DNA of 64,000 bases. It comes from Eubacteriaceae bacterium. Its GTDB lineage: Bacteria > Bacillota > Clostridia > Eubacteriales > Eubacteriaceae. Numbering within the stretch: the stretch's first letter is position 1; the number at the start of each line of letters is the position of its first letter. Below, one piece after another: positions 1 to 8,974 of this stretch. Location: assembly GCA_016650045.1 (NCBI GenBank), contig JAENWK010000001.1, positions 17,094 to 81,093 of the forward strand, written 5' to 3'. Both the position numbers and the translations under genes were made by a program. The notes beneath the pieces are model-generated. The model was not told the origin of the DNA. It was given only the letters and a program-made list of their open reading frames with translations, and did no database searches.

Positions 1-75
1 CATTTTTACAGCAATCCGCTATTTTTAGAAGCCTTATTAACAAAGGCACTTAACCACAAAGAGGGCAAAAAATGA
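1..75 (+). CDS. 3' end of upstream gene (partial), possibly cobyrinate a,c-diamide synthase CbiA
   Basis: Frame 1 is open from the window edge: ...HFYSNPLFLEALLTKALNHKEGKK. TGA at 73-75 overlaps the next ATG (ATGA coupling). The HF-SNP tail resembles CbiA/CobQ-type amidotransferase C-termini, but only 24 aa are visible. Confidence 0.3.
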   Translation, partial: HFYSNPLFLEALLTKALNHKEGKK

Positions 76-956
76 GGCGGATTCAAGTAAAAACTCCGGG
101 AACCTGTGGAGAATTTATTCAGGGTTGGTTTGAGGATAATCCCTGTTTGGTATCCTGTCCGATTAACCGCTACTCTACCATTACCATTGAAGAGGGACCA
201 TGGCATCCGAACTTTTTAAAACCTAAAACAGGCAAAATGGTTGAAGAAGTTTTTCGGCGTTATGGGATTTCAGCCAGAGAAAAAGAGCATCTTCAAATTT
301 CTATGGAAACCGAAATTCCGGTTGAAAAAGGGATGGCCAGCAGTACTGCGGATATTTCAGGAATGGCGGCCGGACTTTCTGAATATTTCGGGTTAGGCCT
401 GACGCCAGAGGACATTGGCGCGCTTTGCACAGCCATCGAACCCTCAGATAATTTGATGTTTCCGGAACTAAACCTTTTTAATCATATTAATGGCAATGTC
501 TTAAAAGAATTTAAGGGCTCTGTGGAATCCGACTTACTGATTATTGACTTTCACGGAGGCATTGACACCCTGACCTTTAACGAAACCCAGGATGATTACT
601 CGAAAAAAGATTTAGAAACCTTTTCAGAGATTGTTGGTCAATTTGAAAAAGGTGTGAAAGAAAATAATCTGAAAGAGGTTGGAGAGGCTTGTACGAAGAG
701 TGCTTTTCTCAATCAAGGCCGGCTCAGGAAAACTTATTTGGAAATATTAACCAAAATTTCCCAGGACTTTGGCGGTTTAGGAACCATTATTGGCCACAGT
801 GGCACGGTGATTGGGATTATGTATGAGAAAAAGCATTTCAAAGAGATAGAATTTATGGAAATGCTAAAAACACAAATTCCTGCCAGTGCCTATGCGAACA
901 TTTATTATAATCGTTTGATACCAGGCGGGATTATAGTAACCCAAGAAAATTATTAA
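72..956 (+). CDS. pduX: L-threonine kinase (PduX-type GHMP kinase), aminopropanol-phosphate branch of cobalamin synthesis
   Basis: 294 aa. N-terminal GTCGEFIQGW..LVSCPINRYS matches the PduX signature. GHMP motif GMASSTADISG. Heads a cbi operon. Confidence 0.7.
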   Translation: MRRIQVKTPGTCGEFIQGWFEDNPCLVSCPINRYSTITIEEGPWHPNFLKPKTGKMVEEVFRRYGISAREKEHLQISMETEIPVEKGMASSTADISGMAAGLSEYFGLGLTPEDIGALCTAIEPSDNLMFPELNLFNHINGNVLKEFKGSVESDLLIIDFHGGIDTLTFNETQDDYSKKDLETFSEIVGQFEKGVKENNLKEVGEACTKSAFLNQGRLRKTYLEILTKISQDFGGLGTIIGHSGTVIGIMYEKKHFKEIEFMEMLKTQIPASAYANIYYNRLIPGGIIVTQENY

Positions 957-1011
957 GAAATGAGAATTTCAGCACATAAAATAATAGTAAAAAAAAAGAA
1001 AGCGAGAAGCG

Positions 1012-1641
1012 ATGCAATATATTAATAATCCCCAGGAAATTGAAGAACGCAGTTTTGAAATCATTACCGAAGAATTAGGGGATAAGCTATTCCCAGAGTC
1101 CATTGCGCCACTGGTGAAACGTATCATCCACACCACCGCCGATTTTGAATATGCGGATTTACTTCAAATCCTTAATGGCGGTTATGAAAGCGGCATGGAA
1201 GCACTAAAACAAGGGAAAAAGATTTATGCAGATACCCGGATGATTCAGGTTGCCGTGAATAAAAAAGCCCTGGCGGATCATGGCATTGAAATTGTCAATT
1301 TCGTTCATGATGCGGATGTGGCAGCACAAGCCAAAGAACGGGGGGTTACCCGTTCGACGGTTGGTATGGAGAAAGCGTTAAAGGATCCCAGCATTGGGAT
1401 TTTTGCCATTGGCAATGCTCCCACAGCGTTGTATACCCTGATTGAAAAAATCAAATCAGGGGATGCAAAACCAGATCTTATTATTGGTGCCCCGATTGGA
1501 TTTGTCGGTGCAGCGGAGTCCAAGGCCGCCTTAGATCAAATTGAAACACCCATTATTCGCATTAATGGACGCAAGGGCGGAAGCCCTGTTGTGGCGGCCA
1601 TTCTAAACGCCATGTTATATCAGTTGGGAAGGGAATGGTAG
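1012..1641 (+). CDS. cbiC: cobalt-precorrin-8 methylmutase
   Basis: 209 aa. HTTADFEY and GNAPTAL motifs are typical of CbiC/CobH. Confidence 0.9.
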   Translation: MQYINNPQEIEERSFEIITEELGDKLFPESIAPLVKRIIHTTADFEYADLLQILNGGYESGMEALKQGKKIYADTRMIQVAVNKKALADHGIEIVNFVHDADVAAQAKERGVTRSTVGMEKALKDPSIGIFAIGNAPTALYTLIEKIKSGDAKPDLIIGAPIGFVGAAESKAALDQIETPIIRINGRKGGSPVVAAILNAMLYQLGREW

Positions 1642-2375
1642 CGATTATGGCAGCGGTTAAAAAAGGAATTTTTTATGGTATTGGTGTGGGACCAGGAGAT
1701 CCGGATCTGATTACGGTTAAAGCGGCTAAGGTTTTAGGAGCATGTGATTTGATCATTACCCCGACCAAGAAAATGGGCCAGCCAAGCATTGCCTTTAATA
1801 TTGTAAAAACCCATATCCCGGACCTTTCCAAAGTACTTGAAATGAATTTCCCGATGATTTCCCTCAGTGAAGAACGGGAAGTCCTTCAAAAACAATGGAA
1901 AGAAAATGCGGACGAAATTGAGCTGTTCTTAAATACGGGCAAAGATGTTGCCTTTATTACTCTGGGAGATCCCATGGTTTTTAGCACCTATTCCTATGTC
2001 ATGGAATTTTTATTAAAACGAAACATTGAAGTAGTCACTTTGTCTGGGGTTCCTTCTTTTTGTAATCTCGGGGCCCAGCTCAATATTCCACTGACCCAGG
2101 GAGAAGAATCACTGGGGGTGGTTGCCATGACCCAACCCATTGAAGAAATAAGGGCTATTTTAGATGCCCATCAAAATATTGTGGTCATGAAAATTTCTGC
2201 CAATAATGCTTTGATGGCCCAGGAGCTTGAAAAGCGAGGTTTGGAAAAGGCCTTTGTGCTGGTATCCAATATTGGAATGGAAACACAAAATGTGGTGAGA
2301 GATATTGAAATCCTGAAAGGAAAAATTCCCTATCTTTCAACACTGTTAATTAAAAAGAATTATCCCATTGGTTAA
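1635..2375 (+). CDS. cbiL: cobalt-factor II (precorrin-2) C20-methyltransferase
   Basis: 246 aa. GIGVGPGDPDLITVKA tetrapyrrole-methylase N-terminus. Overlaps the cbiC stop. Alternative ATG at 1647. Confidence 0.8.
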   Translation: MVAIMAAVKKGIFYGIGVGPGDPDLITVKAAKVLGACDLIITPTKKMGQPSIAFNIVKTHIPDLSKVLEMNFPMISLSEEREVLQKQWKENADEIELFLNTGKDVAFITLGDPMVFSTYSYVMEFLLKRNIEVVTLSGVPSFCNLGAQLNIPLTQGEESLGVVAMTQPIEEIRAILDAHQNIVVMKISANNALMAQELEKRGLEKAFVLVSNIGMETQNVVRDIEILKGKIPYLSTLLIKKNYPIG

Positions 2376-2389
2376 TTCAGGGAGAAGCC

Positions 2390-3535
2390 ATGCTTAATAA
2401 AACCATTGAAAAAAACGGCAAACAATTACGTTACGGCTACACCACCGGATCCTGTGCCGCTGCCGGAACAAAGGCGGCCCTGGAAATGTATCTGAGCCAG
2501 GAAAGTCGGTCAACCATTAACATTGATACGCCAAAGGGCTGGCCTTTGGATTTGGTTCTTCATGACCAACAATTTTCCGAAAATGAGGCATCCTGCTCGG
2601 TGATTAAGGATGCCGGGGATGACCCGGACATTACCAATGGGATTAAGATTTTTTCAAAAATAATGCCCTCACCTAAGAATGGCATCATTTTTCTGGGAGG
2701 CATTGGGGTAGGAACCGTTACCTCAGTGGGACTGAGTATTCCGACCGGTGAGCCTGCCATTAATCCGGTACCCCGGGAAATGATGACCCGGGAAATTGAA
2801 AAGGTTTTAGAAAAATACCAGGAATTGGGTAAAACAGATTTACCCACGGGATGGATTGTTGAAATCAGTATACCCCAGGGGGAAGAGTTGGCCAAACGAA
2901 CCTTTAATCCCAAGCTGGGAATTGTCGGTGGACTTTCAGTGGTTGGCACCTCGGGTATTGTGGAACCGATGAGTGAGGATGCCTTAAAAGCCTCACTCAA
3001 GCTTGAACTATCGGTTTTAAAAGCAAAAGGTGTGAAAGAAATTATTTTTGTGCCGGGAAATTACGGTAAAGATTTTGCTCTCAGTCTGGGACTTAATGAG
3101 GGTAACCTGGTAAAAACCAGCAATTTTATGGGATTTATGCTGGATGAGGCTGAGCGCATGGGTTTCGAAAAAATACTGGTCATCGGACATTTAGGAAAGC
3201 TTGTCAAGGTTGCCGGTGGTATTTTTAATACTCACAGCAGCGTGGCCGATGGCCGAATGGAAATTCTCACAGCCCACTTTGGAATCCTGGGAGGCTCCCA
3301 GGCAACTATGAAAAAAATTATGGCATCAAAAACCACCGATGAAGCCACCGAGTTAATTCTGGAAGAAAAGCTACCCAATTATTTTAATCATTTAGCAGAG
3401 GTTGTGAAAAAAAAGATAACCGATCGGGTGTATGAATCCATCGAAATCGAAGTGATTCTTTTTTCGAAAATCCATGGTCATTTAGGTGACAGTCAAAATG
3501 CGGAAAAAATGAGGAAAAGATTATGTATCCATTAA
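2390..3535 (+). CDS. cbiD: cobalt-precorrin-5B C1-methyltransferase
   Basis: 381 aa. LRYGYTTGSCAAA N-terminal signature of CbiD. Confidence 0.9.
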   Translation: MLNKTIEKNGKQLRYGYTTGSCAAAGTKAALEMYLSQESRSTINIDTPKGWPLDLVLHDQQFSENEASCSVIKDAGDDPDITNGIKIFSKIMPSPKNGIIFLGGIGVGTVTSVGLSIPTGEPAINPVPREMMTREIEKVLEKYQELGKTDLPTGWIVEISIPQGEELAKRTFNPKLGIVGGLSVVGTSGIVEPMSEDALKASLKLELSVLKAKGVKEIIFVPGNYGKDFALSLGLNEGNLVKTSNFMGFMLDEAERMGFEKILVIGHLGKLVKVAGGIFNTHSSVADGRMEILTAHFGILGGSQATMKKIMASKTTDEATELILEEKLPNYFNHLAEVVKKKITDRVYESIEIEVILFSKIHGHLGDSQNAEKMRKRLCIH

Positions 3536-4149
3536 AAATTATTGGTTTGGGGCCAGGGCATCGGGATTATATTTTGCCCATTGCAAAAAAAGAAATTGAA
3601 GCAGCGGAAGTGATTCTCTGTGGAGTAAGACATACTGAAAGTTTTGATCCCACTGGCAAGGAAATCCTTTATATCGGAAAAGGAACATCTTTGAAAGATT
3701 TATTGGAAGAGGTTGCCGGAATCTATAAGACCAGGAAAACAGCCCTGGTGGTATCAGGAGATTGCGGTTTTTATAGTCTTTTATCCTATGCTAAAAAAGT
3801 GATTCCCATTAAAGATATTGTGTGTATTCCAGGGATTAGTTCTCTCCAATATTTTTTTGCAAAGCTTAATTTAACCTGGAATGACGCAGAATTGGTGAGC
3901 CTTCATGGTCGTGAAATCGATTTACTTCCGGCCCTCATCGATAATAAAAAGCTGGGATTTTTGACGGATAAGAGCCACAACACAGCATTTATTGCCAGGA
4001 TCATGGACGCTGCCGGCATTCAGAACAGCAGCATCTATGTTGGGGAAGAATTATCCTACGCCAATGAAAAAATTACAAAGCTTACCGTTAAGGAAGCTCT
4101 GGACTTTAAAGAGGAAGGACTGTCAGTGGTGGTGATTGTCAATGAGTAA
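3523..4149 (+). CDS. cbiE: cobalt-precorrin-7 C5-methyltransferase
   Basis: 208 aa. Tetrapyrrole methylase fold (IIGLGPGHRDY). Overlaps the cbiD end and cbiT start, as in cbiE-cbiT pairs. Confidence 0.8.
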   Translation: MYPLKIIGLGPGHRDYILPIAKKEIEAAEVILCGVRHTESFDPTGKEILYIGKGTSLKDLLEEVAGIYKTRKTALVVSGDCGFYSLLSYAKKVIPIKDIVCIPGISSLQYFFAKLNLTWNDAELVSLHGREIDLLPALIDNKKLGFLTDKSHNTAFIARIMDAAGIQNSSIYVGEELSYANEKITKLTVKEALDFKEEGLSVVVIVNE

Positions 4150-4723
4150 TATAGCAGGATACAGAGATGATGATTATATCCGGGGAAAAGCGCCCATGAC
4201 CAAACGAGAAATTCGCATTCTCACCATTTCCTTATTGGGAATTAAACCCGGGGATGCGGTGGTGGACATCGGCGCCGGCACCGGAGGAATTACCATGGAA
4301 GCCGCCTACGCCGCAGCTCCAGGAATAGTTTTTGCGGTAGAAGCAAAGGAAGCTGCGTTAGAATTGGTGGCAAAAAACAAAGAACATTTTCACGCCGATA
4401 ATGTGGAAATTATTAAAGGGAAAGCGCCAGAAGCTTTGTCACAGATTACCAGGGATGTGGATCGGGTGATCATTGGCGGCTCTGGAGGCAAAATAGAAGG
4501 CCTTTTAATCTGGTGCAAGGAAAGAATCCGTTCAGGAGGCCGAGTGATTGCTAATTTTGTCACCCTGGAAAATGCTGCCCAGGCAACGACTCTGATGAAT
4601 CACTATTTTGAAAATGTTGAGCTCATTCAGGTTGGCATCAGCCGTGGTGAAGGCATTGGAGGACTCACCATGCTAAAGGCTTCAAACCCTATTTTTATTA
4701 TTACCGGAGACGTTGTCAAATAG
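4142..4723 (+). CDS. cbiT: cobalt-precorrin-6B C15-methyltransferase (decarboxylating)
   Basis: SAM-binding VVDIGAGTGG and N-terminal MTKREIR are typical of CbiT. ATG 4142 overlaps the cbiE stop (ATGAGTAA). The ORF-track start at 4136 is TTG. Confidence 0.8.
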   Translation: MSNIAGYRDDDYIRGKAPMTKREIRILTISLLGIKPGDAVVDIGAGTGGITMEAAYAAAPGIVFAVEAKEAALELVAKNKEHFHADNVEIIKGKAPEALSQITRDVDRVIIGGSGGKIEGLLIWCKERIRSGGRVIANFVTLENAAQATTLMNHYFENVELIQVGISRGEGIGGLTMLKASNPIFIITGDVVK

Positions 4724-4737
4724 ACTGTTTAATCCGA

Positions 4738-4761
4738 GAAGGGTAAACCCCTTCTTTTTTG
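4738..4761 (+). terminator. intrinsic terminator after cbiT
   Basis: gaaggg-taaac-cccttc hairpin followed by TTTTTT. Confidence 0.6.
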
Positions 4762-5060
4762 TTTGTGAGGCATGTTGCCGAGCTAATGGGAAAGACAAGC
4801 TGTAAGCAAGGGAAGAAACATATTGACAGGGTATTGTTTTATGAAGCCTTATATTTCAGTACGATCAGTTTGGTTCTGGGATTACTTGGAGGAATACTCG
4901 GTGGGAAATTACGCTTTCTATTATTACTCCGTCTGATTCATTTTCAGATTCCCCTAGTTTTTATGCTGACGGCTAAGGCATATTATAAACGGGTGAAACA
5001 GGAACGATAAAAAATTAGTCAGTATTCGCTATAAATTGTTGTTTTTATAAAATTTAGGGG

Positions 5061-5096
5061 TATAATAGTAAATGCAAATGCAAATCATTATTATTT
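5061..5096 (+). promoter_or_regulatory. putative -10 box plus candidate Zur/Fur-type operator upstream of znuA
   Basis: TATAAT at 5061-5066. aaatgcaaatcattattattt (5076-5096) matches about 16 of 21 positions of the Firmicute Zur box AAATCGTAATCATTACGATTT and is AT-rich semi-palindromic. It lies between the -10 box and the RBS. Confidence 0.35.
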
Positions 5097-5109
5097 GGAG
5101 GAAGTTATT

Positions 5110-6036
5110 GTGCCCACAAAAAAAATCAAATTTTTCATTATTCTTCTTATTTCTATTACCCTTTTAAGTGGCTGCGGAGTAAAAAACGACGTCGATGGCC
5201 AGATAAGTTCAGACAGCACCTCAACGGATAAAAGCTTTACGGTTGTCACCTCCTTTTATCCCATGTATATTTCAACCATCAATGTAACCAAGGATATTCC
5301 TTCGGTGAAGGTTATTAATATGACTAAACCTCAAACCGGATGCCTTCATGATTATCAGTTGACACCCCAGGATTTAATAACAATCGGAAGTGCCGATGCC
5401 TTTGTCATTAATGGGGCTGGGATGGAGACCTTTCTTGATGAGGTATTAAAACAGCAGGCCAATCTTAATATTATTGATGCCAGCAAAGGGATAGAGCTCA
5501 TTAAAGATCCCTCAGGGGAAGATAATCCCCATGTTTGGGTGAGTATCTCGGATTCAATCATTCAGGTAAGAAATATAGCCGATCAGCTTTCTTTGGCAGA
5601 CCCGGAAAATGCAGCCCAGTACAAAACCAATGCAGATGCCTATATTGTTAAATTAGAAGCTTTAAAGGAAAAAATGCACAGCTCTCTGGAAAATGTGAGC
5701 AGTCGGGATATTATAACCTTTCATGAATCCTTCCCATATTTCGCCAGGGAATTTAATCTCAATATTGTGGATGTGATTGAAAGAGAACCGGGCACCGTTC
5801 CCTCGCCCAAGGACCTTGAAGAGACCATTAAAATCGTTAAAGATTCACAGGTCAAAGCCCTTTTCACAGAACCCCAATATCCCGCCAAAGCGGCTGAAAC
5901 CATTGCCAACGAAACCGGCGCCAGGATTTATCCTCTCGATCCCGGGGTTACAGGTGAGGCCACCGAAAATGCCTATGATGATTATTTGAACATCATGGAA
6001 AACAATTTAAAATCTCTGGAAGAAGCATTAAAATAA
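5110..6036 (+). CDS. znuA: metal (zinc-type) ABC transporter substrate-binding lipoprotein, ZnuA/AdcA/TroA family
   Basis: GTG 5110 lies 8 nt after GGAGG. Lipobox LLSGCG. Cluster-9 SBP motifs (CLHDYQLTPQD, NPHVWVS). In an operon with an ATPase, a permease and a Fur-family regulator. Confidence 0.75.
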   Translation: MPTKKIKFFIILLISITLLSGCGVKNDVDGQISSDSTSTDKSFTVVTSFYPMYISTINVTKDIPSVKVINMTKPQTGCLHDYQLTPQDLITIGSADAFVINGAGMETFLDEVLKQQANLNIIDASKGIELIKDPSGEDNPHVWVSISDSIIQVRNIADQLSLADPENAAQYKTNADAYIVKLEALKEKMHSSLENVSSRDIITFHESFPYFAREFNLNIVDVIEREPGTVPSPKDLEETIKIVKDSQVKALFTEPQYPAKAAETIANETGARIYPLDPGVTGEATENAYDDYLNIMENNLKSLEEALK

Positions 6037-6845
6037 TGAAAGAGTTAAAAGAACAGCAATTAAATGATGTCCAATGCTCTGGTTTGTGTTGTACCAAGGT
6101 CAAAAATTTCAATGTGAATTTTGGTAACACGAAAGTTCTGGAAAATGTTAATCTTCATATTCATTGTGGCGAATTAACAGCGATCATAGGACCTAACGGG
6201 GGCGGAAAAAGTACGCTGTTAAAGGCCATGCTGGGAGATGTTAAGCACACTGGGCAACTCGAATACCTGGATGGAAAGAATAAGGACAGCGGCGTCCCTG
6301 TAATTGGCTATGTTCCTCAAAATTTGAGCTTTGACAGTGGCACCCCAACCAGTGTTTTGGATCTTTTTATGGTATGCAATTCTAAAATTCCGGCATGGTT
6401 GCTCACTACAAAAGGCATCAAAAACAAAGTCAGAGAAAGTCTTGCAATGGTTAAAGCGGAACATCTCATTAATCGGAGAATCGGGGCCTTATCCGGAGGC
6501 GAACTGCAACGGGTTTTACTTGCTTTGGCCCTTGATCCCATTCCTGATTTATTGTTACTGGATGAGCCGGTATCCGGCATTGATCAGAATGGCTTGGAGG
6601 TTTTTTATGATACGGTATCTGAATTAAGAAAAAAATATGATTTGTCCATTATTTTGGTTTCCCATGATTTGGATTTGGTTGAAAAGTATGCAGATCGTGT
6701 CGTTCTAATAAATGGAACCGTTTTATGCAGCGGAACGCCGCAAGAAGTTTTTAATAATCAAATAACCTCAAAAATATTTGGGATGACATGGTTTAAGCAA
6801 AGAGCCAATGATCATGACAATAACCGGGGTGAAGCAGATGCTTAA
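6036..6845 (+). CDS. znuC: zinc ABC transporter ATP-binding protein
   Basis: Walker A GPNGGGKST, signature LSGGELQR, Walker B LLLLDEP. Confidence 0.85.
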   Translation: MKELKEQQLNDVQCSGLCCTKVKNFNVNFGNTKVLENVNLHIHCGELTAIIGPNGGGKSTLLKAMLGDVKHTGQLEYLDGKNKDSGVPVIGYVPQNLSFDSGTPTSVLDLFMVCNSKIPAWLLTTKGIKNKVRESLAMVKAEHLINRRIGALSGGELQRVLLALALDPIPDLLLLDEPVSGIDQNGLEVFYDTVSELRKKYDLSIILVSHDLDLVEKYADRVVLINGTVLCSGTPQEVFNNQITSKIFGMTWFKQRANDHDNNRGEADA

Positions 6846-7680
6846 TTTATGGTCTGATTTTATTACGGTTATCTTGCCATTTCAATGGGCGGATTATGAT
6901 TTCATGAAAAATGCCCTTCTGGCCATACTTTTAATCACCCCGCTTTTTGGATTATTGGGAACCATGATTGTCAGTAATAAAATGGCGTTTTTTTCAGATG
7001 CCCTGGGACATGGTGCTTTTACAGGCATTGCCATTGGATCAGTGATTGGTCTAGTCAGTCCCATTTTTGCAGCAGTGGCGTTTTCGATTGTTTTTGCGTT
7101 AATTATAACGGTAATAAAAAATAAAAGTCGGGCTTCCACTGATACCATCATCGGTGTTTTTTCTTCCATTGCCATTGCCCTGGGGCTGGTATTAATGTCT
7201 TTGGGGGGGAGTTTTAATAAGTATTCCTCCTATTTGATAGGAGATTTGCTTAGTATAACGCCATCAGAAATCTTTATTTTAATCGGTGTGTTTATCATTG
7301 TTCTTTTTCTTTGGAGCGTGATCTTTAATAAACTGCTGATGGTAAGTATCAATCAATCTCTGGCACGAAGTCGGGGGGTAAATACACTTCTGGTTGAAAT
7401 GATATTTACAACCATGGTGGCGGTGATCGTAACGATTTCCATACAATGGGTGGGACTTCTTATTATCAACTCGCTTTTGGTGTTACCTGCAGCAGCTGCA
7501 AGAAATATCACAAGAAATGTCAGACAATATACTCTGGTATCGATACTGATTGCTGTTTTTTCCGGAATCTGTGGATTAATAGCCTCTTACTATTTGAATA
7601 CCGCAACCGGAGCCACCATTGTATTGGTATCGGGAATCATTTTTTTCATCACCCTTGGATTTAAAAATAAATTTGAATAA
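6838..7680 (+). CDS. znuB: zinc ABC transporter permease
   Basis: ATG 6838 overlaps the znuC stop (ATGCTTAA). Polytopic ABC-3 family permease (FFSDALGHGAFTG motif). Confidence 0.85.
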   Translation: MLNLWSDFITVILPFQWADYDFMKNALLAILLITPLFGLLGTMIVSNKMAFFSDALGHGAFTGIAIGSVIGLVSPIFAAVAFSIVFALIITVIKNKSRASTDTIIGVFSSIAIALGLVLMSLGGSFNKYSSYLIGDLLSITPSEIFILIGVFIIVLFLWSVIFNKLLMVSINQSLARSRGVNTLLVEMIFTTMVAVIVTISIQWVGLLIINSLLVLPAAAARNITRNVRQYTLVSILIAVFSGICGLIASYYLNTATGATIVLVSGIIFFITLGFKNKFE

Positions 7681-7699
7681 TGATGAAACGAGGAGCCAT

Positions 7700-8152
7700 A
7701 TGAGCGAAATAATAACATACAAGGAAGTTTTAAACCATAAGGGTTTAAAGAATACCAGGCATCGAAATTCGATATTGGAGCTGTTGGAAACAAGCACCCA
7801 GCCATTAACCGCAGATCAAATTTATTTAGCACTGGTCAACCAAAAGATCTCAATCAATTTATCCACCATTTACAGAGTTTTAAATACCCTTGTGGAAAAT
7901 GGATTAATCATTAAAACAAATACGGTCAGCGATAATAAAACTTTATTTGAGTTAAATAGTTTTGAGCATAAGCACCATCTCGTATGTATGGAATGTAAAA
8001 AAATAACCATGGTGGATGAATGCCCATTCGAAGAATATGAAAAAAAATTAAAAGAAAAAATGGGCTATACCATTCTCGGTCATAAACTTGAAATCTATGG
8101 AGTCTGTAAAAGTTGCCGGGAAAAAGAAAATAATGGTAAAAGTATTGTTTAG
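7700..8152 (+). CDS. zur: Fur-family metalloregulator, probable Zur
   Basis: ATG 7700 follows AGGAG. wHTH NTRHRNSILELL, HHLVCMECKK and CKSC Cys pairs. Last gene of the znu operon, as in the Listeria zurAM-zurR arrangement. Confidence 0.65.
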   Translation: MSEIITYKEVLNHKGLKNTRHRNSILELLETSTQPLTADQIYLALVNQKISINLSTIYRVLNTLVENGLIIKTNTVSDNKTLFELNSFEHKHHLVCMECKKITMVDECPFEEYEKKLKEKMGYTILGHKLEIYGVCKSCREKENNGKSIV

Positions 8153-8372
8153 GTTATTGCTAAAGTACTGTGAGCTTCGCTGTCAGTTTACATGAAACAA
8201 TTTTTCCACTATACGTCGGACAGTTCTTCGAACTGTTCGCCTATACGTTACAAAACTGTTTTCGCGAAGGCAACGAGCCAATCACAAGCTTGCTTGTAGT
8301 TGGCGACTGCCCGCGAACCATAAGAAATTCGCAAAGCGATTTCTTATGGTTATGAAAACTGACATCAAAGCA
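8147..8372 (+). repeat. palindromic intergenic repeat, copy A (carries a ~90-nt nested insertion)
   Basis: Shares a 65-nt identical core (catgaaacaattttt...cgttacaaaa) and flanking arms with the reverse complement of 15887-16024. Imperfect terminal inverted repeats tgtcagtttacatgaa / ttatgaaaactgaca. Extra hairpin-rich segment at about 8258-8350. Confidence 0.85.
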
Positions 8373-8448
8373 ATTTACGGTTGTAATTATGAATTTTGCA
8401 ATGATCTGTATCTAAATTTAAGCTGGGATCAATGTTAACTAAAAACTC

Positions 8449-8476
8449 TGGACTTTTAAATCAGCCATGTTATAAT
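8449..8476 (+). promoter_or_regulatory. sigma-A type promoter for the riboswitch-cbiM operon
   Basis: TGGACT (8449-8454), 16-nt spacer, extended -10 TGtTATAAT (TATAAT 8471-8476). Confidence 0.5.
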
Positions 8477-8499
8477 GAAGACACAATTAAATAAGAAAT

Positions 8500-8700
8500 G
8501 TAAAATTCATTTAGGATGAACAAATTCATTGAGGGAATCTGGTTAGAATCCAGAACGATCCGGTCACTGTAATTAGTTATGTCTCCTTAATATGTCACTG
8601 GGCACGTATTGTCCGGGAAGGCGAGGAGAATAAAAGCTATAAGTCAGGAAACCTACTAAAAGAAGTACTAGAATATCCTTCCAGGGAAAAGGGAAATTAG
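8500..8700 (+). promoter_or_regulatory. cobalamin (AdoCbl) riboswitch aptamer
   Basis: Conserved core agggaatctggttagaatccag, cggtcactg, gtcactggg..ccgggaagg. B12 box aagtcaggaaacctac at 8641-8656. Upstream of the cobalt transporter genes. Confidence 0.85.
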
Positions 8701-8766
8701 TAACGTTAACAAAAGTTGGTTCTGACACGTCATAATAGGTGGAATCAATGGATAAGTATAATAGTT

Positions 8767-8808
8767 AACCTCTTTTTCTATAGCAATATGGAAAGAGAGG
8801 TTTTTTTT
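8767..8808 (+). terminator. riboswitch expression-platform terminator
   Basis: aacctctttttc / gaaagagaggtt stem followed by T8. Confidence 0.75.
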
Positions 8809-8974
8809 CGGGTCAGCAACGAATCAAACCAATGCACGCACTTGGCAGACGCTAGGGGAAACCCAGAAAACTTCCAAAGCATGTTTCTTGTTGATTTAAA
8901 TTTTTCAATAGGATTTTTGGACAGCATAGGATGGATCGTCATCTGGTCGAACTATAAATTTTCGGGGGAAAAAC

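Noticed and set aside
4759-5010. 83-aa ORF between cbiT and znuA with a hydrophobic GLLGGILGG stretch, possibly a small membrane protein or the relic of an FtsX-like permease C-terminus
   Set aside because: Its start overlaps the terminator T-run, no convincing RBS precedes any in-frame start, and the similarity is too weak to judge by eye. Not called as a gene, though a BLASTX check would settle it.
8170-8355. 61-aa ORF in the ORF track
   Set aside because: It lies entirely inside palindromic repeat copy A, has no RBS, starts with a non-ATG codon, and the equivalent region in copy B is not open. Treated as spurious.
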